NCBI GenBank assembly: GCA_038874215.1
Contig: JAVZCV010000003.1
Coordinates: 1-52,060 of the forward strand
Direction: 5' to 3'
Source: Candidatus Micrarchaeia archaeon
Lineage (GTDB): Archaea; Micrarchaeota; Micrarchaeia; Burarchaeales; JAVZCV01
DNA: 52,060 nucleotides
The stretch's first letter is position 1. Each line of letters starts with the position of its first letter. The notes under the pieces are model-generated. The model did no database searches. It saw only the letters and a program-made list of their open reading frames with translations, and was not told where the DNA came from. The position numbers and the translations under genes are program-made. Shown here piece after piece: positions 1 through 9,795 of the stretch.

Positions 1-165
1 AAACTCTTTTCCATGCTTGGCATAGATGCAAAAAAAATAAAGTGGGATGATGCAGACAGGGATATGTTAACCAGTGAGATGAAAATCGGTGATGTTTCAC
101 CGCTATTCAAAAAAATAGAAGACAGCAAGATAACGGCGCAGGAAAGAAAACTCGGTGGCGGTTGA
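1..165 (+). CDS. metG: C-terminal fragment, probably methionyl-tRNA synthetase (end of anticodon-binding domain)
   Basis: My translation of frame 1 is KLFSMLGIDAKKIKWDDADRDMLTSEMKIGDVSPLFKKIEDSKITAQERKLGGG*. The LG...W...G....PLFxKIE pattern resembles the end of the MetRS core. 5' truncated by the window edge. Confidence 0.6.
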   Translation, partial: KLFSMLGIDAKKIKWDDADRDMLTSEMKIGDVSPLFKKIEDSKITAQERKLGGG

Positions 166-718
166 ATTGCTTTTTCCGCTGTTGGTTTTTGCAGCGAATT
201 TTATCGCGTTCTTTTATGGCGTTTTCTTCTTTTACCGCGACCAGATAACCCACACTAACCCTCTCTTAACAATATTCGTTCCCGACTGCCCACTTCACGC
301 CTTTCTTTTTGGGATTGCATTCTTAATGGTTGCACAGGGGCATAAACTAAATGAATTTTATCTCATCGCGTTTATAGGGGCATTAAAATATGGAGCATGG
401 ACCATATTTGTACTTCTTCGTTATGCTGATTACTACTTAACATATACAAGCCCTCTACTTTATTTTTTAATTTTTGTGGGGCATATTGGGCTGGCGCTTG
501 AAACGATTCTCCTTTTGGGAAAGTTTGAGGTGAAAAGGAGTGCTCTGGTGCTATCTCTTGCCTGGTTTCTCGCAAACGATGTCTCAGATTATTTTTTTGG
601 AACACATCCCCCCATGCCAGCCCATGCGGTTGGGGAGATAGCCGTTTTTACATTTGCACTTACACTTGCGTGTAGCTTTTTTTCCTATATATTAATTAAA
701 AAAATCGGAAACAAATGA
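155..718 (+). CDS. DUF1405-family membrane protein
   Basis: Multi-TM protein with FVPDCP, KYGAWT, H...E and ND..DY..GTHP motifs. Confidence 0.75.
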   Translation: MAVELLFPLLVFAANFIAFFYGVFFFYRDQITHTNPLLTIFVPDCPLHAFLFGIAFLMVAQGHKLNEFYLIAFIGALKYGAWTIFVLLRYADYYLTYTSPLLYFLIFVGHIGLALETILLLGKFEVKRSALVLSLAWFLANDVSDYFFGTHPPMPAHAVGEIAVFTFALTLACSFFSYILIKKIGNK

Positions 719-763
719 AGCGCTAACCGCTATGCTTTTATTCGTTGGCGGTATAACCTGTTC

Positions 764-1660
764 ATGCAGGCTAAAACCAACATAAGCTACATCATCGGCA
801 TACTCGCACTTCTCATAGTCTTTATGGTGGGGGTCAATATCTATTTGGTAACCAGTTTATCTTCAGCAAGCGAAGTGGAGAATGTAGTTGAAGTTGTACC
901 TGCCCAAAATTTGCCCCGCCCGCAAGATACGTATGTGAACATTTCTGGCGCTGGGGAAAGCAGCAAGCCCCACCGTATATACGTTAATGCAACAATATTG
1001 GAAGATAGGGGATGTGCGTGGTGCCTAAACGGAACTACAATAGCAGAATATCTTGATGAAAGTCAAGAGGAACTTGGCATAGATATAAAGGAGAAGCACA
1101 TCGTGGATTATACAAGCAATGAAGGAAAACGCATTGTTGATGCATACAACATAACAGAGGTTCCGACTCTCATTCTGTCAAGCGAGGCTTGGAATTCCCA
1201 AGACTTTGTTAGCGCATGGTCGGAGTTTGGAACACAAGAAAAAGACGGCTCCTTTGTTTTGCGTTATGTTTATCCGCCTTACAGGGAGGTTGCAACGGGC
1301 AGGATAAGGGGGCTTGTTGAGATTATTGAGCTGGTGGATGAAAACTGCACTGCATGCTACAACGTCTCCGAACATAAAACAGCACTTGAATTGACGTTCG
1401 GCGCAGTCATCGTAAACGTGACAAGATATGACTATCACTCCCAGGATGGCATTGGGCTCGTTGAGAAATATGGAATAAAAGCGATTCCCACTGTTTTGAT
1501 TTCGCCCGAAATGGGTGAGTATTTATATTTTGATGAATTCTGGGCTGATGTGGGAGAAAAAGCCGACGACGGCTGGTATGTTTTCAGAAATTTTGATGCA
1601 CTAGTTGATGCATACGGAGAAAATTTGACGTATGTGAATATAACAGCTTCTTCAATATAG
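764..1660 (+). CDS. Membrane-anchored protein with two tandem thioredoxin-like CxxC domains
   Basis: N-terminal TM helix. Internal duplication: DRGCAWC...DYTSNEG...YNITEVPTLILS and DENCTAC...DYHSQDG...YGIKAIPTVLIS. Confidence 0.65.
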   Translation: MQAKTNISYIIGILALLIVFMVGVNIYLVTSLSSASEVENVVEVVPAQNLPRPQDTYVNISGAGESSKPHRIYVNATILEDRGCAWCLNGTTIAEYLDESQEELGIDIKEKHIVDYTSNEGKRIVDAYNITEVPTLILSSEAWNSQDFVSAWSEFGTQEKDGSFVLRYVYPPYREVATGRIRGLVEIIELVDENCTACYNVSEHKTALELTFGAVIVNVTRYDYHSQDGIGLVEKYGIKAIPTVLISPEMGEYLYFDEFWADVGEKADDGWYVFRNFDALVDAYGENLTYVNITASSI

Positions 1661-1686
1661 GAACCACCGATTAGTAGGTTGGTTTT

Positions 1687-2796
1687 GTGAATCAGAAAAG
1701 CGGCATGAGTCCTAAGAAAAAAATCCTCCTTGTGTCGCTGGCTTTTCTTTCATTTCTTCTATCATTTTTTAGAATTGCACGCTTTGGGTGCATTGACAAA
1801 GCGTTTTTGTTTGAATGCTGTGTGGATTTCTACTGCGACTATGCGAATGGCATATACAACGAAATAATAAAAGGAGGTATCGCCGCAGATTCGCTGATTG
1901 GCATAGGTCGCGTGTTCAGCACAATGTATGCCCCCTTTGCAGTAGGGCCTTTTCTTGTAGCCCTATTGAACATACTTGTAGGGGATATTGGAAAGAGTAC
2001 TATACTACTAAGCGTTCTCCCTACCGTCTTATCTTTTTACCTTCTCTACACCTTTCAGAAGGGCGAGAACAGCGAAACACAATTCTTTTCGCTAGCGATT
2101 TTCGCATCCCACTATCTTGTAGTATTTGCATTCGCTAATAGGGGAAGCGAAGCCCTCACAATGTGTATTTCACTTCTTTTTTTCTTGTCTTTGAAAAAGT
2201 CGCTTGATAGACGTCTCTATTTTATTCCAACCCTATTCCTGGGTGTTGTTGGGGTTCTGACAAGGATAAATTTTGCGCCGTTTTTAGTTCTCGCACCCAT
2301 GCTCCTGTTTACGCGCACAAATGGCGATCGGCGTTTATCCAACTGCATGCTCGGGGTTCTAGTAATAGTGATACCCATTATGGCATATTTCCTATTTATC
2401 CACGTTTTCTCGCTCTACCAAAATATGGCTGTGTGGAAAACATACTTATATGGAGCAGATAATGAGAAGTACAAAACGCCTTTGCATATCGTTTTATTTT
2501 TAGCAATCGGGTTTCAGCTTTTTCCTATCCTTATAGTGATCGGCATGAAGGAAACTGCAAGTGAGAGGCTTGTGTATGCCATTCCCCCTATACTTCTCAT
2601 CGTTATTTTGGCTCTTTTTGGTTTGCCTTTTACTAACAGGTATATAGCACCGTTCATACCCAGCTTGGTTATCGCTTCTACGAACGGAATAAGTAGAGTT
2701 CTCAAAATGTGTGGGGGCAGGGAGTTGTTAACCGCCTTGATATCGCTAAATTATGTGGTATTCTATATAGTAACTATCTTTAACATTGCCGCATAA
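1687..2796 (+). CDS. GT-C fold (ArnT/PMT, GT39-like) membrane glycosyltransferase
   Basis: About 10 TM segments, R.SE loop and late RYIAP motif. Start could be ATG 1705. Confidence 0.55.
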   Translation: MNQKSGMSPKKKILLVSLAFLSFLLSFFRIARFGCIDKAFLFECCVDFYCDYANGIYNEIIKGGIAADSLIGIGRVFSTMYAPFAVGPFLVALLNILVGDIGKSTILLSVLPTVLSFYLLYTFQKGENSETQFFSLAIFASHYLVVFAFANRGSEALTMCISLLFFLSLKKSLDRRLYFIPTLFLGVVGVLTRINFAPFLVLAPMLLFTRTNGDRRLSNCMLGVLVIVIPIMAYFLFIHVFSLYQNMAVWKTYLYGADNEKYKTPLHIVLFLAIGFQLFPILIVIGMKETASERLVYAIPPILLIVILALFGLPFTNRYIAPFIPSLVIASTNGISRVLKMCGGRELLTALISLNYVVFYIVTIFNIAA

Positions 2797-3538
2797 ACCG
2801 ACCCGAAATCCGCTCAAGCCTCTTCAACATGTATGCGATAGCTCTTCTCAGGTTTTTCTTGTTGTCAAATCGCACAGCCCCTGCGGCTGCTCCACTTGCT
2901 TTTAGTTTAGCGATTTCTGCCGTGAGCAAGGGTATTGCTCTTGTCACATTGTCAACTATAGTTATGCTTGCCTTTTGTGATGTGCGTGAGAGAGGGTTCA
3001 GATCAATCGCTATGACATTTTTGCCAGCTTTTCTAAGAGCCTCTGTCCTATCCCCATCTTCAACCGCTACAAGAACGGTATCTGCGAGGTATATCCCGCG
3101 CCTATCAACAAGCGCACGTGCAGAAGCAGGCGCCTTCATGCGAACTTTCTTGCCAGCACCAAGAATGCTAACGCCAAATTTCATGAAATGCCTCCTTATC
3201 GCGAGTTCGCGCTTTCTTTTTCTGTAAAAAAGGTTTACCTCAATCGGCGCATGGAGGACATGGGATAGCTTAACTATATCTTCTGCACATAAGGCTGCAA
3301 CATTCCCATTAACAGAAATCACTGGTTTTGATGAGGAAACGAGCATTCTCGCCGCGGCTTTTATTGCATTTCTTGCTGGCGGTATCGTCCTCTCGCCAAT
3401 CAAGTAATCAAACATCTCCCCACGCCCTTGGGCTATGAGCCCTTGCAAGGAGGTTATGCCAGCACGGACTCCTTTCTCAATCTTGTGCCTTTCAACAAGC
3501 GAACGGTATCTTGGGTGAGACTTCGGTATTTTTTCCAT
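2780..3538 (-). CDS. Archaeal phosphopantothenate synthetase (4-phosphopantoate--beta-alanine ligase)
   Basis: IPKSHPRYRSL, GRGEMFDYLIGE, SVNGN, EDGDRTEAL and IDLNPLSRT motifs; adjacent to pantoate kinase. Confidence 0.95.
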   Translation of the reverse strand: MEKIPKSHPRYRSLVERHKIEKGVRAGITSLQGLIAQGRGEMFDYLIGERTIPPARNAIKAAARMLVSSSKPVISVNGNVAALCAEDIVKLSHVLHAPIEVNLFYRKRKRELAIRRHFMKFGVSILGAGKKVRMKAPASARALVDRRGIYLADTVLVAVEDGDRTEALRKAGKNVIAIDLNPLSRTSQKASITIVDNVTRAIPLLTAEIAKLKASGAAAGAVRFDNKKNLRRAIAYMLKRLERISGRFMRQC

Positions 3539-3568
3539 AATTTTAAGATTAATCGCTAGATTTATTAT

Positions 3569-4447
3569 TTAGTCACTTTCAATATGTGCGCCAATTGGGG
3601 ATATTCTTGTGATTACGGTGTTTTTTGAGAATTTCATCATCTCTTTTGCCGTTGCGCTCGCATCTTTTCTGTTTTTCTCAACTGCGAAAACAGTCTCGCC
3701 TAACATAGCCATGCTTGCATTTTCAATTGCATCCATTAGCTTGCGTACTTTGCTTTTTTCGCGTGCGAGCCCTGTTTTGATAGCAAACTGGCGAGAAAGC
3801 TGAATGAAATTATCAAGCGTTTTCTCATTTTCAAATTCCCGTATGCATTCCAAACCAACAGCTGTTATCTTCCGCTTCCATGCCATGCTTCGTATAACTT
3901 CCCATGTGGGTATGGGGGAGAAGAATGAGCATACGATATGCGTGCTATTCGGAACACGAATTTTTTCAACCGAAGTGAATTCCCCCGGTTTTTTTCTGTA
4001 AGCAAGAGAGCCACATAGTTCTGCAGCAACAGTGCCGAGGCCCGTGCCGCATTCAATCTCGGCAGCCTGTGCAATCTCCGCGCATTCCTCTTTTTTCAGT
4101 CCTAAACATAGCAACTTGTTTAGCGAAAGAGCGAGTGAAAGCGCACCAGCACCGCTCATCCCACAACCATATCCGATAGGCATGCTCGCCCTATGCTCAA
4201 CAGCAAGGCCATGCTTCTTCCCAGAGATTTCAATAAAGCGCTTTATAACTGCGCGCGAAGTTTTTGCGAATGCTTTCTTCCCGTTTATGCTTATATCTAC
4301 TCCCCTGCCTCTGCTTTTAACCTCTGTTCTCATCCCTTTTTCAAGGCATATCCCTGCGCCTGCCGAGCCGTTTTTGAAGATTGCAAAAAAGCCCGTTATG
4401 TGTGAGGGTGAATAAGCAGAAGCAACACGCGTGCAATCTCTTTGCAT
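3569..4447 (-). CDS. Archaeal pantoate kinase (GHMP family)
   Basis: PSHITGFF, GSAGAG, PIGYGCGMSGA, GTGLG and SMAMLGETVF motifs. Confidence 0.9.
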   Translation of the reverse strand: MQRDCTRVASAYSPSHITGFFAIFKNGSAGAGICLEKGMRTEVKSRGRGVDISINGKKAFAKTSRAVIKRFIEISGKKHGLAVEHRASMPIGYGCGMSGAGALSLALSLNKLLCLGLKKEECAEIAQAAEIECGTGLGTVAAELCGSLAYRKKPGEFTSVEKIRVPNSTHIVCSFFSPIPTWEVIRSMAWKRKITAVGLECIREFENEKTLDNFIQLSRQFAIKTGLAREKSKVRKLMDAIENASMAMLGETVFAVEKNRKDASATAKEMMKFSKNTVITRISPIGAHIESD

Positions 4448-4462
4448 GCTATCACTGATATT

Positions 4463-5668
4463 TTATCCAAGCGCATTGGCAAAACATTTTACTACATACT
4501 CTAAATCCTCCTGCGTGAGATACTGGTGGCAGCCAATATAGAAGCCCATCTTGCCCAGCATTTCGGCATTCGGCAGTCTTCCCTCATACTTTTTTCTTAG
4601 GTGGGCATATGCGGGCTGTTGTGTTGGTATGCAACCAAAAAGCGGGCGGGTTTCAACCCCCAGCTCTTCAAGCTTTTTCATAAGCCTCATGCGGGAAACT
4701 TTTTTATCCTCTACTACAAGGGGGTAGGCAAGGTAGCTAACATTCTCAGAGTATAGCGGAAGCCTTAGGATGCCTTCAAACTTTGAGAGGCAGTCGTTTA
4801 GATATTTCACGTTCTCCCTCCGCCTTTCTATTATCCACTGCGCTTTCTCAAGTTGCACAAGGCCAAGCGCAGCTTGAAACTCCATAACCTTGAAGTTGTA
4901 GCCTATCACATCATGCGTAAATCTAGGGTCGCTGTCGCTCTCTTTTTTAGGTGCGCGTGGGCAGGAGCCTTTGCTTCTCGTACAAACATGGCAGTCGCAC
5001 ATCCTTCCGTTCGCTTTTACCTTTCTAACTAAACGTGCTATCCTGCTGTCGTTTGTAACAAGCGCGCCCATTTCACCCGCCTGTATGTTGTGTGCGATAT
5101 AGAAAGAGAAATCTGCAAGAAGCGAGAGAGAGCCCGTTTTTTTACCGTTGTATACTGTTCCATGTGCTTGCGCGGAATCTTCAAAAACGATAAGTCCATA
5201 TTCGCTTGCCAGCCTGTTTATCCCGTCCATATCACATGCATAACCCATTAAATGCACGGGTAGAATTAACGAATAATCCTTAGGATCGTCTATCTCCTCG
5301 AGATGTGCCCGTATGTTCTCAGGGGTTATGCCAAATGTTCTCTCGTCAACATCAACATAAACGGGTTCAAGGCCCGAGAGCACTATTGCGTTGCTCGTTG
5401 CTATATAGGTAAGTGGTGTTGTTAGTACCTTTGAGCCTTGTTTCACGCTAAAACGCCCATCGTATTTCAAAACAGTTAAACCTGCGATTATGGCAGATGT
5501 GCCCGAACTCAGAACAACGGCGTGCTCTGTTCCGACAAAGTTGGCAAAACGTTTCTCAAACTCGCAGGTTTTTGGTCCTTCGGATATCCTGCCGGAGCGA
5601 AGCACTTCCTCGACAGCTTCTTTCTCCTCAGCACCTATGCGGAAATCCCCAACGCGAACTTTTATCAT
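4463..5668 (-). CDS. DegT/DnrJ-fold PLP/PMP enzyme, E1/RfbH-like NDP-sugar 3-dehydratase type
   Basis: SSGTSA and EDSAQAHG motifs. SFYIAHNIQAGEMG has His at the usual Lys position. Cys cluster GRMCDCHVCTRSKGSC. Confidence 0.8.
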   Translation of the reverse strand: MIKVRVGDFRIGAEEKEAVEEVLRSGRISEGPKTCEFEKRFANFVGTEHAVVLSSGTSAIIAGLTVLKYDGRFSVKQGSKVLTTPLTYIATSNAIVLSGLEPVYVDVDERTFGITPENIRAHLEEIDDPKDYSLILPVHLMGYACDMDGINRLASEYGLIVFEDSAQAHGTVYNGKKTGSLSLLADFSFYIAHNIQAGEMGALVTNDSRIARLVRKVKANGRMCDCHVCTRSKGSCPRAPKKESDSDPRFTHDVIGYNFKVMEFQAALGLVQLEKAQWIIERRRENVKYLNDCLSKFEGILRLPLYSENVSYLAYPLVVEDKKVSRMRLMKKLEELGVETRPLFGCIPTQQPAYAHLRKKYEGRLPNAEMLGKMGFYIGCHQYLTQEDLEYVVKCFANALG

Positions 5669-5680
5669 ACAACCACGCCA

Positions 5681-6736
5681 TTAAAGGTAGACACACGATC
5701 TCTCTCCAATTATGAGCCTGAGGCCCTTCTTGGCAACAGAAGATTTGCATATCATTGTGTCTGCACCGATAAGGCTCTCTGTTATTCTTGTATTGCATTC
5801 CACTCTTGTATTCTTAATTATTATACTATTCTCAACCTCTGCCCCTCTTATTATACAGTTATCCCCTATTGAAGCGAATGGGCCAATGCATGCGTTCTCT
5901 ATAACGCAGTTCTCACCTATTATAAGAGGGCCGTGCAGCTGTGAATTCCGAATTTTTGTTCTTCTGCCTATGTTTACGTTGCCCAAAATTTCCGTATTTT
6001 TCACGTCGCCCTCGTTTTTTTGGGTTATATCCGCCAGAACGAGCCTGTTTGCTTCAAGTATGTCCTCAGGCTTTCCCGTATCCTTCCACCATCCATTCAC
6101 CTTCCTCACCACGACCTTCCTGCCGTCGTCTATTAGCTTTTGGATGGCGTCGGTTATCTCAAGCTCGTTTCTCCATGATGGCTTTATTCTTTCCACAGCG
6201 TCAAATATGCTACTTCTGAACATATAAATGCCAACGAGTGCAAGGTCGCTTTTTGGTACCTTTGGTTTTTCAACGAGCCTTACGGGTCTATCCCTCTTCA
6301 TCTCAACAACACCAAACCGTTGCGGCTCTTTTACCTTTGAAACCATTATCTGTGCATCCGCACCGCTATCCTCAAATTCACGAACATACTCCCTTATCCC
6401 GCCTTTCAGTATGTTATCCCCAAGATACATTACAAATGGCTCATCGCTGATGAAATCCTTTGATATTTTAACGGCATGAGCAAGCCCTCTCGGATAGTCC
6501 TGCTCTATATATTCAACCCGCACGCCGAATTTTTTACCATTCCCAACAGCTTCCATAACATCATTTTTCGTCTGTCCGACTACGATGCCGATGCTTTTTA
6601 TCCCTGCATTCCGAACATCCTCTATTGCATAGAATAAAATCGGCTTGTTCGCTACGGGTATGAGCTGTTTCGCGGTAGTGTAGGTTAAAGGCCTTAGGCG
6701 CGTACCAAAGCCACCTGATAGTATAAGGGCTTTCAT
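5681..6736 (-). CDS. rfbA: Glucose-1-phosphate thymidylyltransferase (long form)
   Basis: LSGGFGTRLRPLT, KQLIPVANKP, ELEITDAIQ and WKDTGK motifs; C-terminal left-handed beta-helix. Confidence 0.93.
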   Translation of the reverse strand: MKALILSGGFGTRLRPLTYTTAKQLIPVANKPILFYAIEDVRNAGIKSIGIVVGQTKNDVMEAVGNGKKFGVRVEYIEQDYPRGLAHAVKISKDFISDEPFVMYLGDNILKGGIREYVREFEDSGADAQIMVSKVKEPQRFGVVEMKRDRPVRLVEKPKVPKSDLALVGIYMFRSSIFDAVERIKPSWRNELEITDAIQKLIDDGRKVVVRKVNGWWKDTGKPEDILEANRLVLADITQKNEGDVKNTEILGNVNIGRRTKIRNSQLHGPLIIGENCVIENACIGPFASIGDNCIIRGAEVENSIIIKNTRVECNTRITESLIGADTMICKSSVAKKGLRLIIGERSCVYL

Positions 6737-7629
6737 CGGTTTATACCACCCTCCTGATTTTTCATTCTTATCAGCCCCTCTTCGGGCGTGTTCATTTTAA
6801 ACCCCAGCTCTTTCTCAATTTTTTTTGTTAGAAGGCAGTTGTTTTTAGGCCTTTCCGCAACCCAGCCGATCCGGCCAAACGTAATGGGTTTGATAAGCCT
6901 CTTTTCAAGATTAAAGACAGAGGCTATCAGATTTGCGAATTCAAACCTAGTTATGCACCGCGAGCCCGTTGTATGATATATACCATTCGCATTCTTCTTA
7001 ACAACAGTAAGAATGGCCTCTGCCGCATTATCTGCAAAAGTGGGTGTTATCCGTTGGTCCGTAAGTGCGTGCACTTCGCCGCCATTTCTCATAGTTTTTA
7101 TTGCCCACGAAACGAAGTTATCGTGCTGGCCTCTCAGTGGCCATCCGTACAACACACTAACCCGCACTATCGCATAATCATCAAGTTTTGACACAATGCG
7201 CTCCCCCTCAAGCTTTGTTTTCCCATAGTAGTTTATCGGGTTTGGTTCATCTTCTTCTACATAATTGCCTTTTCTACCGTCAAAAACGTAGTCTGTTGAG
7301 ACGTATATGAGCTTTGCATCAACTTTTCTGCACGCATCTGCTACGTTTTGTGTGCCAACAACGTTTATCGCATAGGCTTCTTCCTTTTCTTTTTCGCATT
7401 CATCCACGCCTATCATAGCTGCGGAATGCACAACGACCTCTGGTTCTAATTTGCTTATGAGTGTTGCTGTCTTCTCTTGTTCCCGTATATCCAACCTATG
7501 CATTTTTTCCTCAGGAAGGAAATCAGGCTTGTTGCCAAAATAGGTAGCGTGCATTTCAAAGCCATTTTCTCTTGCAAGAAGCGCAACCCTGCTTCCAAGG
7601 AGACCACTGCCGCCCACAACAAGCATCAT
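6733..7629 (-). CDS. rfbD: dTDP-4-dehydrorhamnose reductase family
   Basis: GGSGLLG, VDECE, STDYVFDG and YGKTKLEGE motifs. Confidence 0.9.
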   Translation of the reverse strand: MMLVVGGSGLLGSRVALLARENGFEMHATYFGNKPDFLPEEKMHRLDIREQEKTATLISKLEPEVVVHSAAMIGVDECEKEKEEAYAINVVGTQNVADACRKVDAKLIYVSTDYVFDGRKGNYVEEDEPNPINYYGKTKLEGERIVSKLDDYAIVRVSVLYGWPLRGQHDNFVSWAIKTMRNGGEVHALTDQRITPTFADNAAEAILTVVKKNANGIYHTTGSRCITRFEFANLIASVFNLEKRLIKPITFGRIGWVAERPKNNCLLTKKIEKELGFKMNTPEEGLIRMKNQEGGINR

Positions 7630-7667
7630 GTTAAGATTTAAAAGCCAAAAAAATTAAATACCGACGC
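7630..7667. promoter_or_regulatory. Overlapping divergent TATA promoters in a 38-bp spacer
   Basis: TTTAAAAG (7637-7644, +) lies about 24-31 nt before ATG 7668. TATTTAAT (minus strand, 7653-7660) lies about 24-31 nt before the rfbD start. Confidence 0.5.
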
Positions 7668-8678
7668 ATGGCGATGGAAAAACCTTATTGCTTAAAGCGG
7701 ATGGAAGGAGTAAGGGCGCTAATCACCGGCGGCCTGGGGTTTTTTGGAAGCAATATTGCACATAAGCTCGTTTCGCTTGGCGCAGATGTGGTTATATACG
7801 ATGCATGCCTTGACCCGTACGGATGGAATTTCGCAAATATAAAGGAAATAAGAGACAAAGTGAAATTCGTAAAAGGGGATATACGAGATGAGGAGCTGAT
7901 GGAGAAAAGCGTTTCTGAATGCGATATAATATTCAACTGTGCGGCACAGGTTAGCCATGTTGATTCAATGAAAGACCCGTACCTTGATTTAGACATAAAC
8001 TGCCGAGGACAGATGACGCTTCTTGAGGCTTGCAGAAAGAAAAACGATGGTGTAAAAATAGTCTATGCAGGAACACGTGGTCAGATCGGAGTGATGGTTT
8101 ATTCTCCTGTTGATGAAAACCACCCCTGTATGCCAACTGATGTATATGGTGCGAATAAGCATGCGGGTGAGCTCTACCATCTTCTCTATTGCCGAGTCTA
8201 TGGGATTAAAGTATGCTCAATACGCGCGAACAACACATACGGCCCAAGGCACCAGATGAAACATGGAAGGTATGGCATACTTAATTGGTTCGTAAGGAAG
8301 GCGATGCTCGGAGAAACGATTGAGGTTTATGGTGATGGAATGCAGGCGCGCGAATATAACTATATAGATGATACTGTTGATGCGTTTATTCTCGCTGCAC
8401 AGAGTGAAAGAGCTTGGGGAGAGGTATTCCTTCTAGGTTCGGGCAGTCCAGTTAAATTCATAGATATGGTTAAGGCAGTCGTGCGTGCTGTCGGAAAAGG
8501 CTCTTATAAAATAGTCCCGTGGCCTAAGGAAAGGAAAAGCATAGAAGTTGGGGATTTCGTTGTTTCGTATGGGAAGATAAGAAAGATGCTTGGGTGGGAG
8601 CCAACAACGAACCTTGAAGAAGGGCTTGCCAAAACTGTCGGATTTTATAAAGAAAGGCTGGCTGAATATATAAATTAA
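7668..8678 (+). CDS. NAD-dependent nucleotide-sugar epimerase/dehydratase (extended SDR)
   Basis: TGGLGFFG, YGANK catalytic YxxxK and NTYGP motifs. Confidence 0.9.
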   Translation: MAMEKPYCLKRMEGVRALITGGLGFFGSNIAHKLVSLGADVVIYDACLDPYGWNFANIKEIRDKVKFVKGDIRDEELMEKSVSECDIIFNCAAQVSHVDSMKDPYLDLDINCRGQMTLLEACRKKNDGVKIVYAGTRGQIGVMVYSPVDENHPCMPTDVYGANKHAGELYHLLYCRVYGIKVCSIRANNTYGPRHQMKHGRYGILNWFVRKAMLGETIEVYGDGMQAREYNYIDDTVDAFILAAQSERAWGEVFLLGSGSPVKFIDMVKAVVRAVGKGSYKIVPWPKERKSIEVGDFVVSYGKIRKMLGWEPTTNLEEGLAKTVGFYKERLAEYIN

Positions 8679-8688
8679 GGGGTGTAAA

Positions 8689-9795
8689 ATGAAAATTCTC
8701 GTAACGGGCGGTGCTGGCTTCATCGGCTCGCACATAGTTGATGCGTTGGTGGAGGAAGGACATGAAGTTCGCATACTTGACAGCCTTGAGAAGCAGGTAC
8801 ATTTTGGTAGGAAACCTGCCTACATTAATGAAAATGCTGAATTCATGTTGGGGGATTTGCGGAAGAGTGCTGATATAAGACGAGCGCTTGAAGGGATAGA
8901 GGCAATTTTTCATGAGGCTTCTCTTGTTAGTGTTGCTCAATCAATGTATGATGTTGCAGAATACTGCAATAGTAATATAACGGCTACTGCGAGCTTAATG
9001 GAATTCTTAATTGCAAAAGAGCATGAAGTAAAGAAGCTTGTGCTCGCCGCTTCAATGTCATGCTACGGTGAAGGAGCGTATGAATGCGAGAAATGCGGAC
9101 CCCAATATCCTGAAGCCCGCACTGAGAAGCAGATAAGGGAAAGGAAATGGGAGCACTTTTGTAAATGCGGCAGGATGCTTAAACCGATGCCTACGAATGA
9201 AGAGAAACCGCAAAAACCCAGCTCAATCTATGCGCTGACAAAAAAAGTTCAGGAGGAGATGGCGCTCATGCTTGGAAGGGCGTATGGTTTGCCCGTAGTC
9301 GCTCTAAGGTATTTCAACGTGTATGGACCACGACAGTCTCTATCCAATCCTTATACAGGGGTTGCGGCTATATTTTCCTCCCGCATAAAGAACGATAAAC
9401 CACCCATTATATATGAGGACGGCATGCAAACGCGTGATTTCATATGTGTTGATGATGTGGTGCGGGCGAATATGCTCGCACTTAAAAGCAAGAACGCAGA
9501 CTATCGTTCTTTCAATGTGGGAAGTGGCAACCCAACATCTATTTTAACAGTTGCATGTGTCCTTACGAAATTATATGGTAAGAAAATTGAGCCGTTGGTA
9601 ACAAACCAGTATAGGAAAGGGGACATACGCCACGCCTACGCGGACATATCAAGAATCAGGGCTCTTGGTTTTGAGCCGAGGGTTTCTTTTGAGGAGGGCA
9701 TGAAAAAACTCGTTTCGTGGGCGGAAAAGGAAAGGGCAGAGGATAAGCTTGATGATGTGATGGAGGAACTTCGCGAGAAGGGCGTTATAGAGTGA
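8689..9795 (+). CDS. NAD-dependent nucleotide-sugar epimerase with Cys-rich insert (WbiB/4-epimerase-like)
   Basis: TGGAGFIGS, YALTK, YFNVYGPRQSLSNPYTGV motifs; insert YECEKCG...FCKCG. Confidence 0.85.
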   Translation: MKILVTGGAGFIGSHIVDALVEEGHEVRILDSLEKQVHFGRKPAYINENAEFMLGDLRKSADIRRALEGIEAIFHEASLVSVAQSMYDVAEYCNSNITATASLMEFLIAKEHEVKKLVLAASMSCYGEGAYECEKCGPQYPEARTEKQIRERKWEHFCKCGRMLKPMPTNEEKPQKPSSIYALTKKVQEEMALMLGRAYGLPVVALRYFNVYGPRQSLSNPYTGVAAIFSSRIKNDKPPIIYEDGMQTRDFICVDDVVRANMLALKSKNADYRSFNVGSGNPTSILTVACVLTKLYGKKIEPLVTNQYRKGDIRHAYADISRIRALGFEPRVSFEEGMKKLVSWAEKERAEDKLDDVMEELREKGVIE

